From contig JAZKDV010000162.1 of assembly GCA_040387395.1 (NCBI GenBank), forward strand, positions 1-36,903: a stretch of DNA of 36,903 nt, written 5' to 3'. The notes beneath the pieces are model-generated. The model was not told the origin of the DNA, did no database searches, and was given only the letters and a program-made list of their open reading frames with translations. Shown piece after piece: positions 16,822 through 25,853 of this stretch. Each line of letters opens with the position of its first letter. Within the stretch, counting starts at the first letter, position 1. The translations under genes and the position numbers were made by a program. Origin of the DNA: Pseudomonadota bacterium. Its GTDB lineage: Bacteria; Pseudomonadota; Alphaproteobacteria; Micropepsales; Micropepsaceae.

Positions 16822-17877
16822 TTATTGTGTGGGGGTCACTATGGCGGAAACCGGCACCAGCACAAAGCCCCGTGCCTGCAGCCCCTTCGCCCAGGCGGCG
16901 ATGCGGGCGATGGACACCGGATAGAGGAAGGCGGAACCCACGGCGCTGCCGCTGGTGCGGGCCTGGGTTTCCAGTTCGGACAGCCGGCGGTCGATTTCCA
17001 GCGCGGTCTGGATGCCGTCCACGGTGGCGTTGCTCTGGACCGCCGGAATGCCGACCTGCGCCGCCACATTGGGCGCCACCGATTGTGCGGCGGCGCCATT
17101 GTCGAAGAAATAGAGGCCGCGGCGGTTGAGATAGGTCAAAGCCGGCGACAGCGCCGAACTGTCCGACAGGAAGCGCTGGCCCAGAAGATTGGTCACCCCG
17201 GCATAGCCGGTGAAGCGCGACAGCGCCCATGTCAGGCGCTGGATATTGGCGGCTTCGTCCTGGCCGGCGCGCAGGGTGTGCGGACCCGGATCGCTGTCGG
17301 GGAAATCGAACGGCTCCATCGGAATCTGCAGCAGCACTTCATGTCCGCGTCCGCGCGCCTGGGATACCCATTGCCCGACATCGCCGGCATAGGGGGCAAA
17401 GCCCAACGTGACGCCGGAGGGCAGGTTGTCGAGCGCCGCCTTGGTGGCGCTGGCGGAAACGCCAAGGCCGCTGACCACGATGGCGATCTTGAACTTGGCG
17501 CCCATGGCGGCGGGCGCCGCATAGGCTTGCATGGGCTTGCGCCCGTCATCGGCGATGCGCGGCAGCGGGCCGCTGGCGCTGTTTTCGATCAGCGCGGGAT
17601 CGGCCATCAACGCCTTGCCGGCATAGATGGGCTGGGTGACAGCGGCCACCGCGCTGGCCTCGGCAATCGCGGCCACGTCCGGTGACAAGGCCGGGCCATG
17701 GGCGCCGGGCGCCGCGCCCAGCTCCAGGGTGATGGCGGGCGCGGCGGGGCGTCCGAACAGTGTTATGGCCAGGATTCCCGCGGCAAACAGGCAGGCGGTG
17801 AAGGAGCAGGCGAACGCCAGAGCGCGACCGCTCTTGGACACGGCAAACCCTTCTGCGGAATCGACAGCAGCCACCAT
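16822..17877 (-). CDS. Divergent polysaccharide deacetylase (YibQ-like)
   Basis: N-terminal TM; IAIVV.GLG, VTLGFAPY, GHEVLLQIPMEP, DPGP.TL, GVTN.LG.RF; position after ctpA. Confidence 0.88.
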   Translation of the reverse strand: MVAAVDSAEGFAVSKSGRALAFACSFTACLFAAGILAITLFGRPAAPAITLELGAAPGAHGPALSPDVAAIAEASAVAAVTQPIYAGKALMADPALIENSASGPLPRIADDGRKPMQAYAAPAAMGAKFKIAIVVSGLGVSASATKAALDNLPSGVTLGFAPYAGDVGQWVSQARGRGHEVLLQIPMEPFDFPDSDPGPHTLRAGQDEAANIQRLTWALSRFTGYAGVTNLLGQRFLSDSSALSPALTYLNRRGLYFFDNGAAAQSVAPNVAAQVGIPAVQSNATVDGIQTALEIDRRLSELETQARTSGSAVGSAFLYPVSIARIAAWAKGLQARGFVLVPVSAIVTPTQ

Positions 17878-17899
17878 GCTCCTATTTATGAAGGAGCAT

Positions 17900-17916
17900 G
17901 GTTACGTGCTGGTTAA
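17900..17916 (-). promoter_or_regulatory. Putative CtrA-binding site upstream of the polysaccharide deacetylase
   Basis: Minus strand TTAA-CCAGCAC-GTAACC (1 mismatch); core ends 24 nt before the ATG. Confidence 0.5.
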
Positions 17917-17922
17917 CAGGTC

Positions 17923-19245
17923 TTAACGGGGGGTGGCTGCCGTCTTGGCCGGCGGCGGGGTGGTGACCGAGGCCACCGTCATTTTTCCGCGCAGCAGGTC
18001 CAGGGCATAGGCAAGCTGGAAGTCGTCATACTTGGTGCCCGCCGCCGGCTTGATCACCGGCGCATTGGTCCGCTTGGCCGGCACCGGTTCGCCCGACAGA
18101 TGGCCACGCAGATCGGCTTCCGAGGAGCGCGCCAGCTTGGGCACATTGGCTTCATCGCCCTGCGCCACCTGGATGTCCGGGATGATGCCCTGCGCCTGGA
18201 TCGAATGACCTGACGGCGTGAAGTAACGCGCCGTGGTCAGGCGCAGCGCGCCGCGGCTTTCGCCGAGCGGGATGATGGTCTGCACCGATCCCTTGCCGAA
18301 GCTGGTGAGCCCGATGATGGTGGCGCGCTTGTGGTCCTGCAGCGCGCCCGCGACGATTTCCGACGCGCTGGCCGTGCCCGCATTGATCAGGATCACGATC
18401 GGCTTGCCATCCGTGACGTCGCCGCTCTTGGCGTCATAGCGCTGGGTGTCTTCGCTGCGGCGGCCGCGGGTGGAAACGATCTCGCCGGTGCCCAGGAAAT
18501 CGTCCGACACCTGGATCGCCTGATCCAGCAAGCCGCCGGGATTGTTGCGCAGGTCCAGCACATAGCCCTTGATGCCGGGGCCGATCTGCTTCTTGAGATC
18601 GCGCACCGCGCGCTCCAGGCCGTCGGCGGTCTGTTCGTTGAAACCGGGCATGCGGACATAGCCGATATCGCCTTCGCGGCGGAACGCGGCGGCATCCACG
18701 CGCACGATGGCGCGCACCAAAGTCACGTCAAACGGCTTCTTTTCGCCTTCGCGCAGGATGGTCAGCGTGATCTTGCTGCCCGCCGGGCCGCGCATCTTGT
18801 CGATGGCTTCGTTCAGCGGCAGGCCCTGGATGGAGCCGCCATCGATGCCGGCGATGCGGTCGCCCGACTTGATGCCGGCGCGCGACGCAGGCGTGCCGTC
18901 GATCGGCGAGATCACCTTGATCAGGCCGTCTTCCTGCGTGACTTCGATGCCGACGCCGCCGAACTGGCCCTTGGTGGTGATCTGCATGTCGCCATACGAC
19001 TTGGCGTCCATGTAGCTGGAATGGGGATCGAGGTTGGATACCATGCCCTGGATGGCGGCGTCGATCAGCTCGCTGTCCTTGACCGGGCGCACATAGTTGG
19101 CGCGCACGCGCTCGAAGGCGTCGCTGAACAGGTCCAGCTGTCCATAGGCGGATGCATCATTGGCGCCCTTGGCTTCCGGCAGCGCGATCATGGCCACGGC
19201 GAAACCGCCGACCAGGCCCATGCTGACCAATGCAAACTTATTCAT
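17923..19245 (-). CDS. ctpA: Carboxyl-terminal processing protease (S41A)
   Basis: LDPHSSYM, PDZ GGVGIEV, LDLRNNPGGLL, TASASEIVAGALQD, SFGKGSVQ, LTTARYFTPSG; start ATG 19245. Confidence 0.95.
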   Translation of the reverse strand: MNKFALVSMGLVGGFAVAMIALPEAKGANDASAYGQLDLFSDAFERVRANYVRPVKDSELIDAAIQGMVSNLDPHSSYMDAKSYGDMQITTKGQFGGVGIEVTQEDGLIKVISPIDGTPASRAGIKSGDRIAGIDGGSIQGLPLNEAIDKMRGPAGSKITLTILREGEKKPFDVTLVRAIVRVDAAAFRREGDIGYVRMPGFNEQTADGLERAVRDLKKQIGPGIKGYVLDLRNNPGGLLDQAIQVSDDFLGTGEIVSTRGRRSEDTQRYDAKSGDVTDGKPIVILINAGTASASEIVAGALQDHKRATIIGLTSFGKGSVQTIIPLGESRGALRLTTARYFTPSGHSIQAQGIIPDIQVAQGDEANVPKLARSSEADLRGHLSGEPVPAKRTNAPVIKPAAGTKYDDFQLAYALDLLRGKMTVASVTTPPPAKTAATPR

Positions 19246-20537
19246 GTGCCGTTCGCCTTTCCAACTGCGGGGCGCAGATTCAACTTCAACCATGGCGCGG
19301 GATTCTGGCCATGACCGCCGTGACGTAATTCGAAGTACAGCCTGTTATCCGATCCTTCAGCGGGCATGGTTCCAACCGGCTCGCCCGCCAGCAATTGATC
19401 GTTTGGCCTAACCGTCACGCGTCCCAGTCCCGCCAGGACCACATCGTAGCCAGTGGTTATCTCAACTATCAAGACTTGTCCGCTTTTATGGTAAGGACCG
19501 GCGAAAAGAACCTTGCCATCCGAGGGCGTAATCACCTGGGCCCCCGCCCGGGTTGCATAGGTAAGGCCCGGATTGCCCTTTTCCCCGCCTCCCGTCACGG
19601 TTCCGACCACCGGTTCCAGCAGCGAATTCCTGGCCAGTCCCCCGCCGGAACCGCTGTTCTGCGCGGTCACGAACACGACGCTTTGCTGGGAGGTTCCATT
19701 TTGGCGCAAGGCCCGGACCCGGGCCGCCAGCGCCTGGAAGTCGGCGGCCTCGCGGGCGATGACCGCCAGCTGGGCCTTCAGGCTGCCATAGGCGTCGGCC
19801 GCCCCCGCCGCTTCCTTTTCCTTGCGCGCCACAAGCTCGTCGAGTTCGGCGCGCGCGATCCCCAGGCGGACGCCGGTGTCGGCGGCCTGGTGGCGCTGTT
19901 GCTCCAGCGCCGCGCGGCTGCGCTTCAAGGCGTCGATGCGCCGCGACAGGAAAGCGGCCTGGGCATAGACCGACGGCAGCGACGAGCCGATCAGCATGGC
20001 GCCCCGCGCCGCGCCCAAGGCATCGCCCGGATGCATGGCGATCGCGGGCGGCATGTCGTGCTGCAATCTTTGCAGAACCGCCAGAAGGCGGGTCACCGCC
20101 ACACGGTCGTTGGCGAAGCCGGCGCTGAGCCGCCTGTTCTCCGCTTCCAGCCTTTCGATCTGCAGGTCGGCGGCGATGCGCATCCGTTCCAGCGCCTCGA
20201 TGCGCTGGGCGGTGGCGATCAGGCGGCGGCGCAGCTCCATCGCCTCGGCCGCCAGCATTTCGCTTTTCGCCCGCGCGCTGGCCAGTTGCGGCTGGCCCTG
20301 CTTGAGCTCCGACGACAGGCTCTGGAGTTGCTGCGCGCTGGACGGCAGGGTGGACAGCACCTTGCCCGGCAGCGCGCGGGAAAGATCGATCGGTACTTCG
20401 GGCCTGTCGGCGCGCAGCGCCGGACGCGGCGTGGGGCGGAACGGCGCCATCACTTTTTTTGGTTTCTGTGCGAGCGCGTCGAACGCGGGTTGTCCCAGAA
20501 GAGCGGCGGCCAGGAGGAAGGCGAGCCTGGCTTTCAC
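19242..20537 (-). CDS. envC: Murein hydrolase activator EnvC family (coiled coil plus degenerate M23)
   Basis: Signal peptide, long coiled coil, C-terminal DGKVLFAG...GQVLIV...GEPVG...LYFELR; gpmI-envC-ctpA order. Confidence 0.85.
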   Translation of the reverse strand: MKARLAFLLAAALLGQPAFDALAQKPKKVMAPFRPTPRPALRADRPEVPIDLSRALPGKVLSTLPSSAQQLQSLSSELKQGQPQLASARAKSEMLAAEAMELRRRLIATAQRIEALERMRIAADLQIERLEAENRRLSAGFANDRVAVTRLLAVLQRLQHDMPPAIAMHPGDALGAARGAMLIGSSLPSVYAQAAFLSRRIDALKRSRAALEQQRHQAADTGVRLGIARAELDELVARKEKEAAGAADAYGSLKAQLAVIAREAADFQALAARVRALRQNGTSQQSVVFVTAQNSGSGGGLARNSLLEPVVGTVTGGGEKGNPGLTYATRAGAQVITPSDGKVLFAGPYHKSGQVLIVEITTGYDVVLAGLGRVTVRPNDQLLAGEPVGTMPAEGSDNRLYFELRHGGHGQNPAPWLKLNLRPAVGKANGT

Positions 20538-22072
20538 GCGCCGCGCACCAGCAGGGAATGACCACTCATCACCTGCGGCTGGGGAAGGCCCATCAGTTCG
20601 AGCAGCGTGGGCGCGACATCGGCCAGCCGGCCATTCTTCAATGTTGCGCCCGCCGGCGCGCCAAAGGCGATGACGGGGACATCGAGCGTGGTGTGCGCGG
20701 TGTAAGGGACGTCGCTACCGGGATCCTGCATCATCTCGATATTGCCGTGATCGGCGGTGAGCAGCATCACGCCGTCCACCTTCTGCAGCGCCGTCATCAG
20801 CCGGCCCAGGCAGATGTCGATCGTGTCCACCGCTTTCACCGCCGCGCTCATGATGCCGGTATGGCCCACCATGTCGGGATTGGCGTAGTTGCAGACGATC
20901 AGGTCGTATTTGCCGCTGACAATGGCCTCTTCCAGCTTTTCGGTGACTTCGTAGGCGCTCATTTCCGGCTTGTGGTCGTAGGTCGCCACTTTGGGACTGG
21001 GCACCAGGATACGGTCCTCGCCGTCGAACACCTGCTCGCGTCCGCCATTCAGGAAGAAGGTGACATGGGCGTATTTCTCGGTCTCGGCGATGCGCAGTTG
21101 CTTCAGGCCGGAACGCGCCACCACTTCGCCCAGCGTCTCACGCACATCCTCCGGCGGGAAGACCGCACCCATCAGCGTCCTGAGATGATCGGAATATTCG
21201 GTCAGGCCCGCCGCGCCGCCGAACACCGGAATGCGCACGCGTTCGAAACCGTCAAAGCCCTTGTCCAGAAGCGCCGCGGAAATCTCGCGCGCCCGGTCGG
21301 CGCGAAAATTGGCGAACAGCAGCACGTCGCCATCTTCCACCCCGGCATAATCGCCCAGAACGCAGGGCACCAGGAATTCGTCGGTGACGTCTTCGGCATA
21401 GGAGGATTCAATCGCCGCAGCCGCATCGTCGAAGCGGCGGGCGGAAGCGTCGATGATGGCGCTGGTGCATTTCTCCACCCGGTCCCAGCGCTGGTCGCGG
21501 TCCATGGCATAGAAACGGCCCGACAGGGTCGCCAGCCTTACGCCGGCCAGCCCCGCGATGTCGCCGAGGAATTTGGCGACAAAGCCGCCGGCACTTTTGG
21601 GCGGCGTGTCGCGGCCATCGAGAAAGCCATGCACGAAGACCGGCACGCCCGATGCGCTGCAGATTTTCACCAGCGCGGCGATGTGGTCCTGATGGGAATG
21701 CACCCCGCCGGGCGACAGCAGGCCCATGATGTGCACGGCGCGCTGGGCGCTTTTGGCATTCTCGATCAGCGACAGCAGCACGGGGCGGCGCGCCAGGCTG
21801 CCGTCTTCGATCGCGACATCGATGCGCGGCAGGTCCTGGGCCACCACCCGCCCGGCGCCGATATTCATGTGCCCGACTTCGGAATTGCCCATCTGCCCCT
21901 TGGGCAGGCCGACCGCATTGCCGCTGGTTTCCAGCAGGGCATGGGGGCAGGTCGCCAGCAGGCGGGTGTAATTGGGAGTGTGACCTTGCGCGATGGCATT
22001 GTCCGGGGCGGCTTCCGGGCGCCAGCCCCAGCCATCGAGAATGCAAAGAAGGGCGGGGCGCGGCGCGGTCAT
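20534..22072 (-). CDS. gpmI: 2,3-bisphosphoglycerate-independent phosphoglycerate mutase
   Basis: ILDGWG, GQMGNSEVGH, GGVHSH, DGRDTPP, AETEKYAHVTFF, NPDMVGHTG, TADHGN. Confidence 0.98.
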   Translation of the reverse strand: MTAPRPALLCILDGWGWRPEAAPDNAIAQGHTPNYTRLLATCPHALLETSGNAVGLPKGQMGNSEVGHMNIGAGRVVAQDLPRIDVAIEDGSLARRPVLLSLIENAKSAQRAVHIMGLLSPGGVHSHQDHIAALVKICSASGVPVFVHGFLDGRDTPPKSAGGFVAKFLGDIAGLAGVRLATLSGRFYAMDRDQRWDRVEKCTSAIIDASARRFDDAAAAIESSYAEDVTDEFLVPCVLGDYAGVEDGDVLLFANFRADRAREISAALLDKGFDGFERVRIPVFGGAAGLTEYSDHLRTLMGAVFPPEDVRETLGEVVARSGLKQLRIAETEKYAHVTFFLNGGREQVFDGEDRILVPSPKVATYDHKPEMSAYEVTEKLEEAIVSGKYDLIVCNYANPDMVGHTGIMSAAVKAVDTIDICLGRLMTALQKVDGVMLLTADHGNIEMMQDPGSDVPYTAHTTLDVPVIAFGAPAGATLKNGRLADVAPTLLELMGLPQPQVMSGHSLLVRGA

Positions 22073-22078
22073 GGGGGC

Positions 22079-22107
22079 AAAATAGAAAGCCCGGCCCCCC
22101 CTGTCTA
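22079..22107 (-). promoter_or_regulatory. Putative sigma-70 promoter of gpmI (likely leaderless)
   Basis: Minus strand TAGACA-N17-TATTTT, then 6 nt to the ATG; no Shine-Dalgarno. Confidence 0.5.
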
Positions 22108-22121
22108 TCTCTTTGAAGCCT

Positions 22122-22694
22122 TTAGCGGAATTCCGGCCCCGTGGCCCAGAGCACCAGCGACTTGCGCACCCCCCTGGTCACCGGCGTGACCCGGTGCAGG
22201 AAGAAGGATGGAAAGGCGATCACGGTGCCGCGGCCGCGCGGGGCCGATATCGGCTGGCTTTCGATCTGGAACTGCAGCTCGCAGCCGTCGTAATCGGCCG
22301 GATCGCTGAGCTGGACGCTGAGGGAAATCTTGCGCGGCTTGAAGTTCTTGTGCCCGAAATCGATGTGCCAGTCGTAATGACCACCCTGCCGCCCGTCATA
22401 GATGGTGTATTGCAGGTTCTCGAGCCCGGTCAGGTCGAAGCGGTAGAAGTCGGTATTCAGCCGCAGCACGATCTGGGACAGCCGCTCATAGAGCTTTTGC
22501 GTGTCGGGACCGTGTTCGATCCAGGCCAGATCGGTGATGCGCACCGCGTCGATTTCCCCGCTTTGCCCTTCCAGCGTGCCCCTTTTGTGCAGCAGCGCAT
22601 CGCCATAAGCGACGATGGCATCGACTTCCGCCGGGTCCAGCGCGCCTTCCCAGGCTACGAAGGGCCCCTGCACAACGGGATGCGGTGATGACAT
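22122..22694 (-). CDS. 2OG-Fe(II) oxygenase (prolyl-hydroxylase/PKHD-like), paralog E
   Basis: QYTIY..GGHYDWHID, RKISLSVQLSD, FPSFFLHRVTPVTRGVRKSLVLW: HxD...H facial triad and RxS. Confidence 0.9.
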   Translation of the reverse strand: MSSPHPVVQGPFVAWEGALDPAEVDAIVAYGDALLHKRGTLEGQSGEIDAVRITDLAWIEHGPDTQKLYERLSQIVLRLNTDFYRFDLTGLENLQYTIYDGRQGGHYDWHIDFGHKNFKPRKISLSVQLSDPADYDGCELQFQIESQPISAPRGRGTVIAFPSFFLHRVTPVTRGVRKSLVLWATGPEFR

Positions 22695-22787
22695 AGAGCA
22701 GGCCCTCGCAAGCAGCGTTCCGAGGCCTATTTGAACTCAGGTTCCACGGCCCGCACAACAAGCGATTTTCGGCACGGTGCGGCCCCT

Positions 22788-24386
22788 TCAGGCGCGCTGG
22801 CGCCGGCCGAACAGCATGGTGATGTTGATGCGGCGGTTCTCATAGCCGTCCGCAAAGGCGATCTCGTCGGTCTTGTGAAACAGGTTGGAGTCGAAGATCA
22901 CCGCGCGGTTGGCGCGATACGGAATCTTGATCGGCTTGGCGCCGGTTTTGGCCAGAAGTTCATAGGCCGCGCTTTCATCGGCATTGAACTTGGCAAAGTC
23001 CCAGGCCAATGGCGCCTGCTTGTCCCAGACCACCAGGCCGCCGCCTTCCGGATCGAGATTGGCTTCGTCCGGCGAGATCCAGAAATTCACATTCACCGCC
23101 GCCTCGTCGGCATGGATGCCGATGCCTTCCAGCTTGCTGTCATACTTGAAGGCCCAGTGGTAGCGCAGCGGATGTTCGGCGAAAATCTCGCGGAAGGTGG
23201 TGCTCAATTCTTCCGCGATCTGCGCCAGAAGCGGCGCCGCGAAGCCCGACTCCGGGAAGGCGCCCAGATAGCCCTGGTTATAGGCGGTGTGCCAGACAAC
23301 CGAGCCCCGGCAATAGCGGCGCAGGCTCGTCAGCGCTTCGGGTGTCAGCAGATTGTCGATCACCACCAGGTTGGGATCGCTGCTGAGCCAGGCTTTTGCA
23401 ACCGCCGCCGCATTCTGCGGATTGACCGCCTGCCCGCTCAACCTTTCGCCGCCGACGAAACGCGTGCTTCCACCATGGGCGGCGCGCCATTGCTGCTGCT
23501 CGCGGTCATGGGCGATCTGATGCGCGGGCTTGTTCTGCGCCGGCGCGGCGTCGCCATAAGCCAGTTCCGCGACCCGGCGAAAATCGCTGAAGCTTTCCTC
23601 CAGGCGGTTCATTTCGCTCAAGACCTTGCCGCGAACCGCCAGGGCGGGAACATTGTCGGGATCGCTCGCCAGCGCGCTGTCCAGGCTTTCCAGCGCTTCC
23701 TCGAACCGGCTGAGTTCGCGCAAGGTGAAGCCGCGATTACTCAGGGCCACCGGCAAGCCGGGCTGTACCGCCAACGCGCGGTCCAGGCTCTCCAGTGCTT
23801 CTTCGGCGCGGCCCAGCTCCGACAGGGTTGCGCCACGGTCGGTCAGGATCTCGGCAACATCGGGTTGAACCGCCAGCACGGCGTCATAGTCCTTGAGCGC
23901 CAGGTCAAAGCGTTTCATCTGGCGCAGAATGTCGGCGCGGCGATGCAGCGCTTCGATGTCGCCGGGGCGCAGCGCCAGCGACCAGTTGGTGCAGTCCAGC
24001 GCCTCTTCCGAACGTTTCAGCTGCACCAGGACACCCGACAGGGCATTCAGCGCCGCAAATTCGCCCGGGGAAAGCGTCAGCGCCCGGCGGTAACTGGCGA
24101 CAGCTTCCTCGGGGCGGCCTGCCCCCGTCTGCACATGGCCCAGATTGATCCAGGCCTCGGCGACTTGCGGATTCAGTTTCAGCGCGGCCGTGATCAGATC
24201 GATTGCCTGCAGATGCTGGCCCTGCTGGAAACGGATCACCCCCAGCATGTGGCGCGGCGCGAAGCTGGCCGGCTCCATTGCCAGCACCTGATGATACAGC
24301 CGCTCGGCCGCGGCCAGGTTGCCGCCTTGATGAAGCGTGATGGCCTGGTCGAACAATTCCTGCAGCGCAGGGCGGGGCAAATTCAT
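22788..24386 (-). CDS. TPR-repeat protein fused to a C-terminal 2OG-Fe(II) oxygenase domain
   Basis: About 8 N-terminal 34-aa TPRs (AWINLG, ALSNRG, EEALESLDRAL); C-terminal WAFKYD..GIGIHADEAAVNVNFW...AVIFDSNLFHKT...RRINITMLF; start ATG 24386 (GTG 24419 possible). Confidence 0.82.
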   Translation of the reverse strand: MNLPRPALQELFDQAITLHQGGNLAAAERLYHQVLAMEPASFAPRHMLGVIRFQQGQHLQAIDLITAALKLNPQVAEAWINLGHVQTGAGRPEEAVASYRRALTLSPGEFAALNALSGVLVQLKRSEEALDCTNWSLALRPGDIEALHRRADILRQMKRFDLALKDYDAVLAVQPDVAEILTDRGATLSELGRAEEALESLDRALAVQPGLPVALSNRGFTLRELSRFEEALESLDSALASDPDNVPALAVRGKVLSEMNRLEESFSDFRRVAELAYGDAAPAQNKPAHQIAHDREQQQWRAAHGGSTRFVGGERLSGQAVNPQNAAAVAKAWLSSDPNLVVIDNLLTPEALTSLRRYCRGSVVWHTAYNQGYLGAFPESGFAAPLLAQIAEELSTTFREIFAEHPLRYHWAFKYDSKLEGIGIHADEAAVNVNFWISPDEANLDPEGGGLVVWDKQAPLAWDFAKFNADESAAYELLAKTGAKPIKIPYRANRAVIFDSNLFHKTDEIAFADGYENRRINITMLFGRRQRA

Positions 24387-24461
24387 TACCCGTGGTTCGC
24401 GCAGAAAAAATCTTTCCACATGACAAAACCGCCCGCGGGTACAAGCGCTGTCGCGTGCAAC

Positions 24462-24627
24462 GATCGTAACATTTGATGAGCTTTCGGCGCAGACTTTGCG
24501 GCGCCTATTTGCGCTCAGCTTCTATCGCGCACAACGAGTGATTGCCGCACGACCCGATGTTAGCAGTGTCAGGCGCGATGTTATCAGTGTCAGGCGCACA
24601 GATGATAACATTTGATAGGTTTCGCCG
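24462..24627. repeat. Nested intergenic repeats: 21-bp tandem pair, 9-bp inverted repeat and flanking imperfect direct repeat
   Basis: CGATGTTA(G/T)CAGTGTCAGGCG twice (24555-24575, 24576-24596); ATGTTATCA...TGATAACAT (24578-24586 / 24603-24611); TAACATTTGAT at 24467-24477 and 24606-24616. Confidence 0.85.
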
Positions 24628-24638
24628 TTTGCCAGCGT

Positions 24639-25238
24639 CTACTTGAACTCCGGTCCTACCGCCCAGACGACGAGCGACTTTCGCACGCCCGATGTGATCG
24701 GTGTCACGCGATGCAGGACGTAGGACGGAAATGCGATCACCGCACCGCGCGTCCTGGGCGCAACATCGGTGAGATTGCCGGCGCGCACTTCCAGGTCGCA
24801 GCCCTGATAGTCCGCCGAATCGCTCAACTGGATACTGATCGACAATTTGCGCGGCTCCTGCGCCGCCGCGTCATAACCTTTGCCGTAATCCTTGTGCCAG
24901 TCGAAGTGGCCGCCTTCGGCGCCGTCGTAAACGGCATATTGAAACGTCACCACGCCGGACAGGTCATAGCGGAAGAACTGGGCGTTCAGCCGCAGCACCA
25001 CCTCTTCCATCCGGGCGTAAAAACTTTCCGTCTGCGCATCGCGCATCAGCCAGGCGACGCGGGTGACGCGGATACTGTCGAGCCCCGTCCCCTTGGCGGC
25101 GAGCTCCGCCCTCTCCTGGCCCAGCCGGTCAGCATGCTGCTCGATCGCGTCCAGCTCTGCCTTGCTGAACAGATTCTCCCAGACCACCAGGCCGCCCGGC
25201 ATGAGGACGGGTGATGACGCGGGATTGAATAACGACAT
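24639..25238 (-). CDS. 2OG-Fe(II) oxygenase, paralog D
   Basis: FQYAVY..GGHFDWHKD, RKLSISIQLSD, FPSYVLHRVTPITSGVRKSLVVW; start ATG 25238. Confidence 0.9.
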   Translation of the reverse strand: MSLFNPASSPVLMPGGLVVWENLFSKAELDAIEQHADRLGQERAELAAKGTGLDSIRVTRVAWLMRDAQTESFYARMEEVVLRLNAQFFRYDLSGVVTFQYAVYDGAEGGHFDWHKDYGKGYDAAAQEPRKLSISIQLSDSADYQGCDLEVRAGNLTDVAPRTRGAVIAFPSYVLHRVTPITSGVRKSLVVWAVGPEFK

Positions 25239-25275
25239 GTACGCCCCCACTCGTGTCTTATTTACTCAAGGACCT

Positions 25276-25848
25276 TCATTTGAAATCCGGTCCGGTGATC
25301 CAGATCACCACCGCCTTGCGCGTACCGCTGACGATCGGCGTCACCCGGTGCAGGACATAGGACGGAAAGGCGATGACCGCACCCCTCTCCCGCGAGGCGG
25401 TATCCACCGTCTTGCTGGCATGGAACTGCAGGTCGCAGCCTTCATACTGCGAACCATCGGTCAGCTGCAGCGAAAAGGAAAGCTTGCGCGGCACTTCCAC
25501 GTAACCCTGGTCCACATGCCAGTCGAAATAGGCCCGCTCCGGCCCGTCATAGATGGTGTACTGGAACAATTCGGAAAAGCCGCTGAGCGAGAACTGCCAT
25601 ATCTTGTCGTTGAGGGTGCGGGCGACGCGTTCCATCCGGTCATAGAACCAGTCGGTTTCGGCGTTGCGCGCGATCCAGGCGGTGCGCGAGATGCGCGAGG
25701 CATCGTCTTCCTTGCGCGGCGCCTCGCCCGATACCAGCGCCTTCTCCGCCGTCAGCCTGTCGCCGTAAGCCTCGATACGGTCCAGTTCCTCGGGCGTGAA
25801 AGCGCCGGTCCAGGTGGCGAAGGGCAGCGTGCGGGTGCGGCTTTCCAT
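25276..25848 (-). CDS. 2OG-Fe(II) oxygenase, paralog C
   Basis: FQYTIY..AYFDWHVD, RKLSFSLQL, FPSYVLHRVTPIVSGTRKAVVIW; start ATG 25848 by alignment with paralogs. Confidence 0.9.
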   Translation of the reverse strand: MESRTRTLPFATWTGAFTPEELDRIEAYGDRLTAEKALVSGEAPRKEDDASRISRTAWIARNAETDWFYDRMERVARTLNDKIWQFSLSGFSELFQYTIYDGPERAYFDWHVDQGYVEVPRKLSFSLQLTDGSQYEGCDLQFHASKTVDTASRERGAVIAFPSYVLHRVTPIVSGTRKAVVIWITGPDFK

Positions 25849-25853
25849 GGCGA

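Noticed and set aside
20459-24476. 576-aa and 581-aa plus-strand ORFs
   Set aside because: Antisense shadows of gpmI and the TPR-oxygenase.
24555-24596. 21-bp tandem repeat as CRISPR or plasmid iterons
   Set aside because: No spacers, only two copies, and no rep or cas gene.
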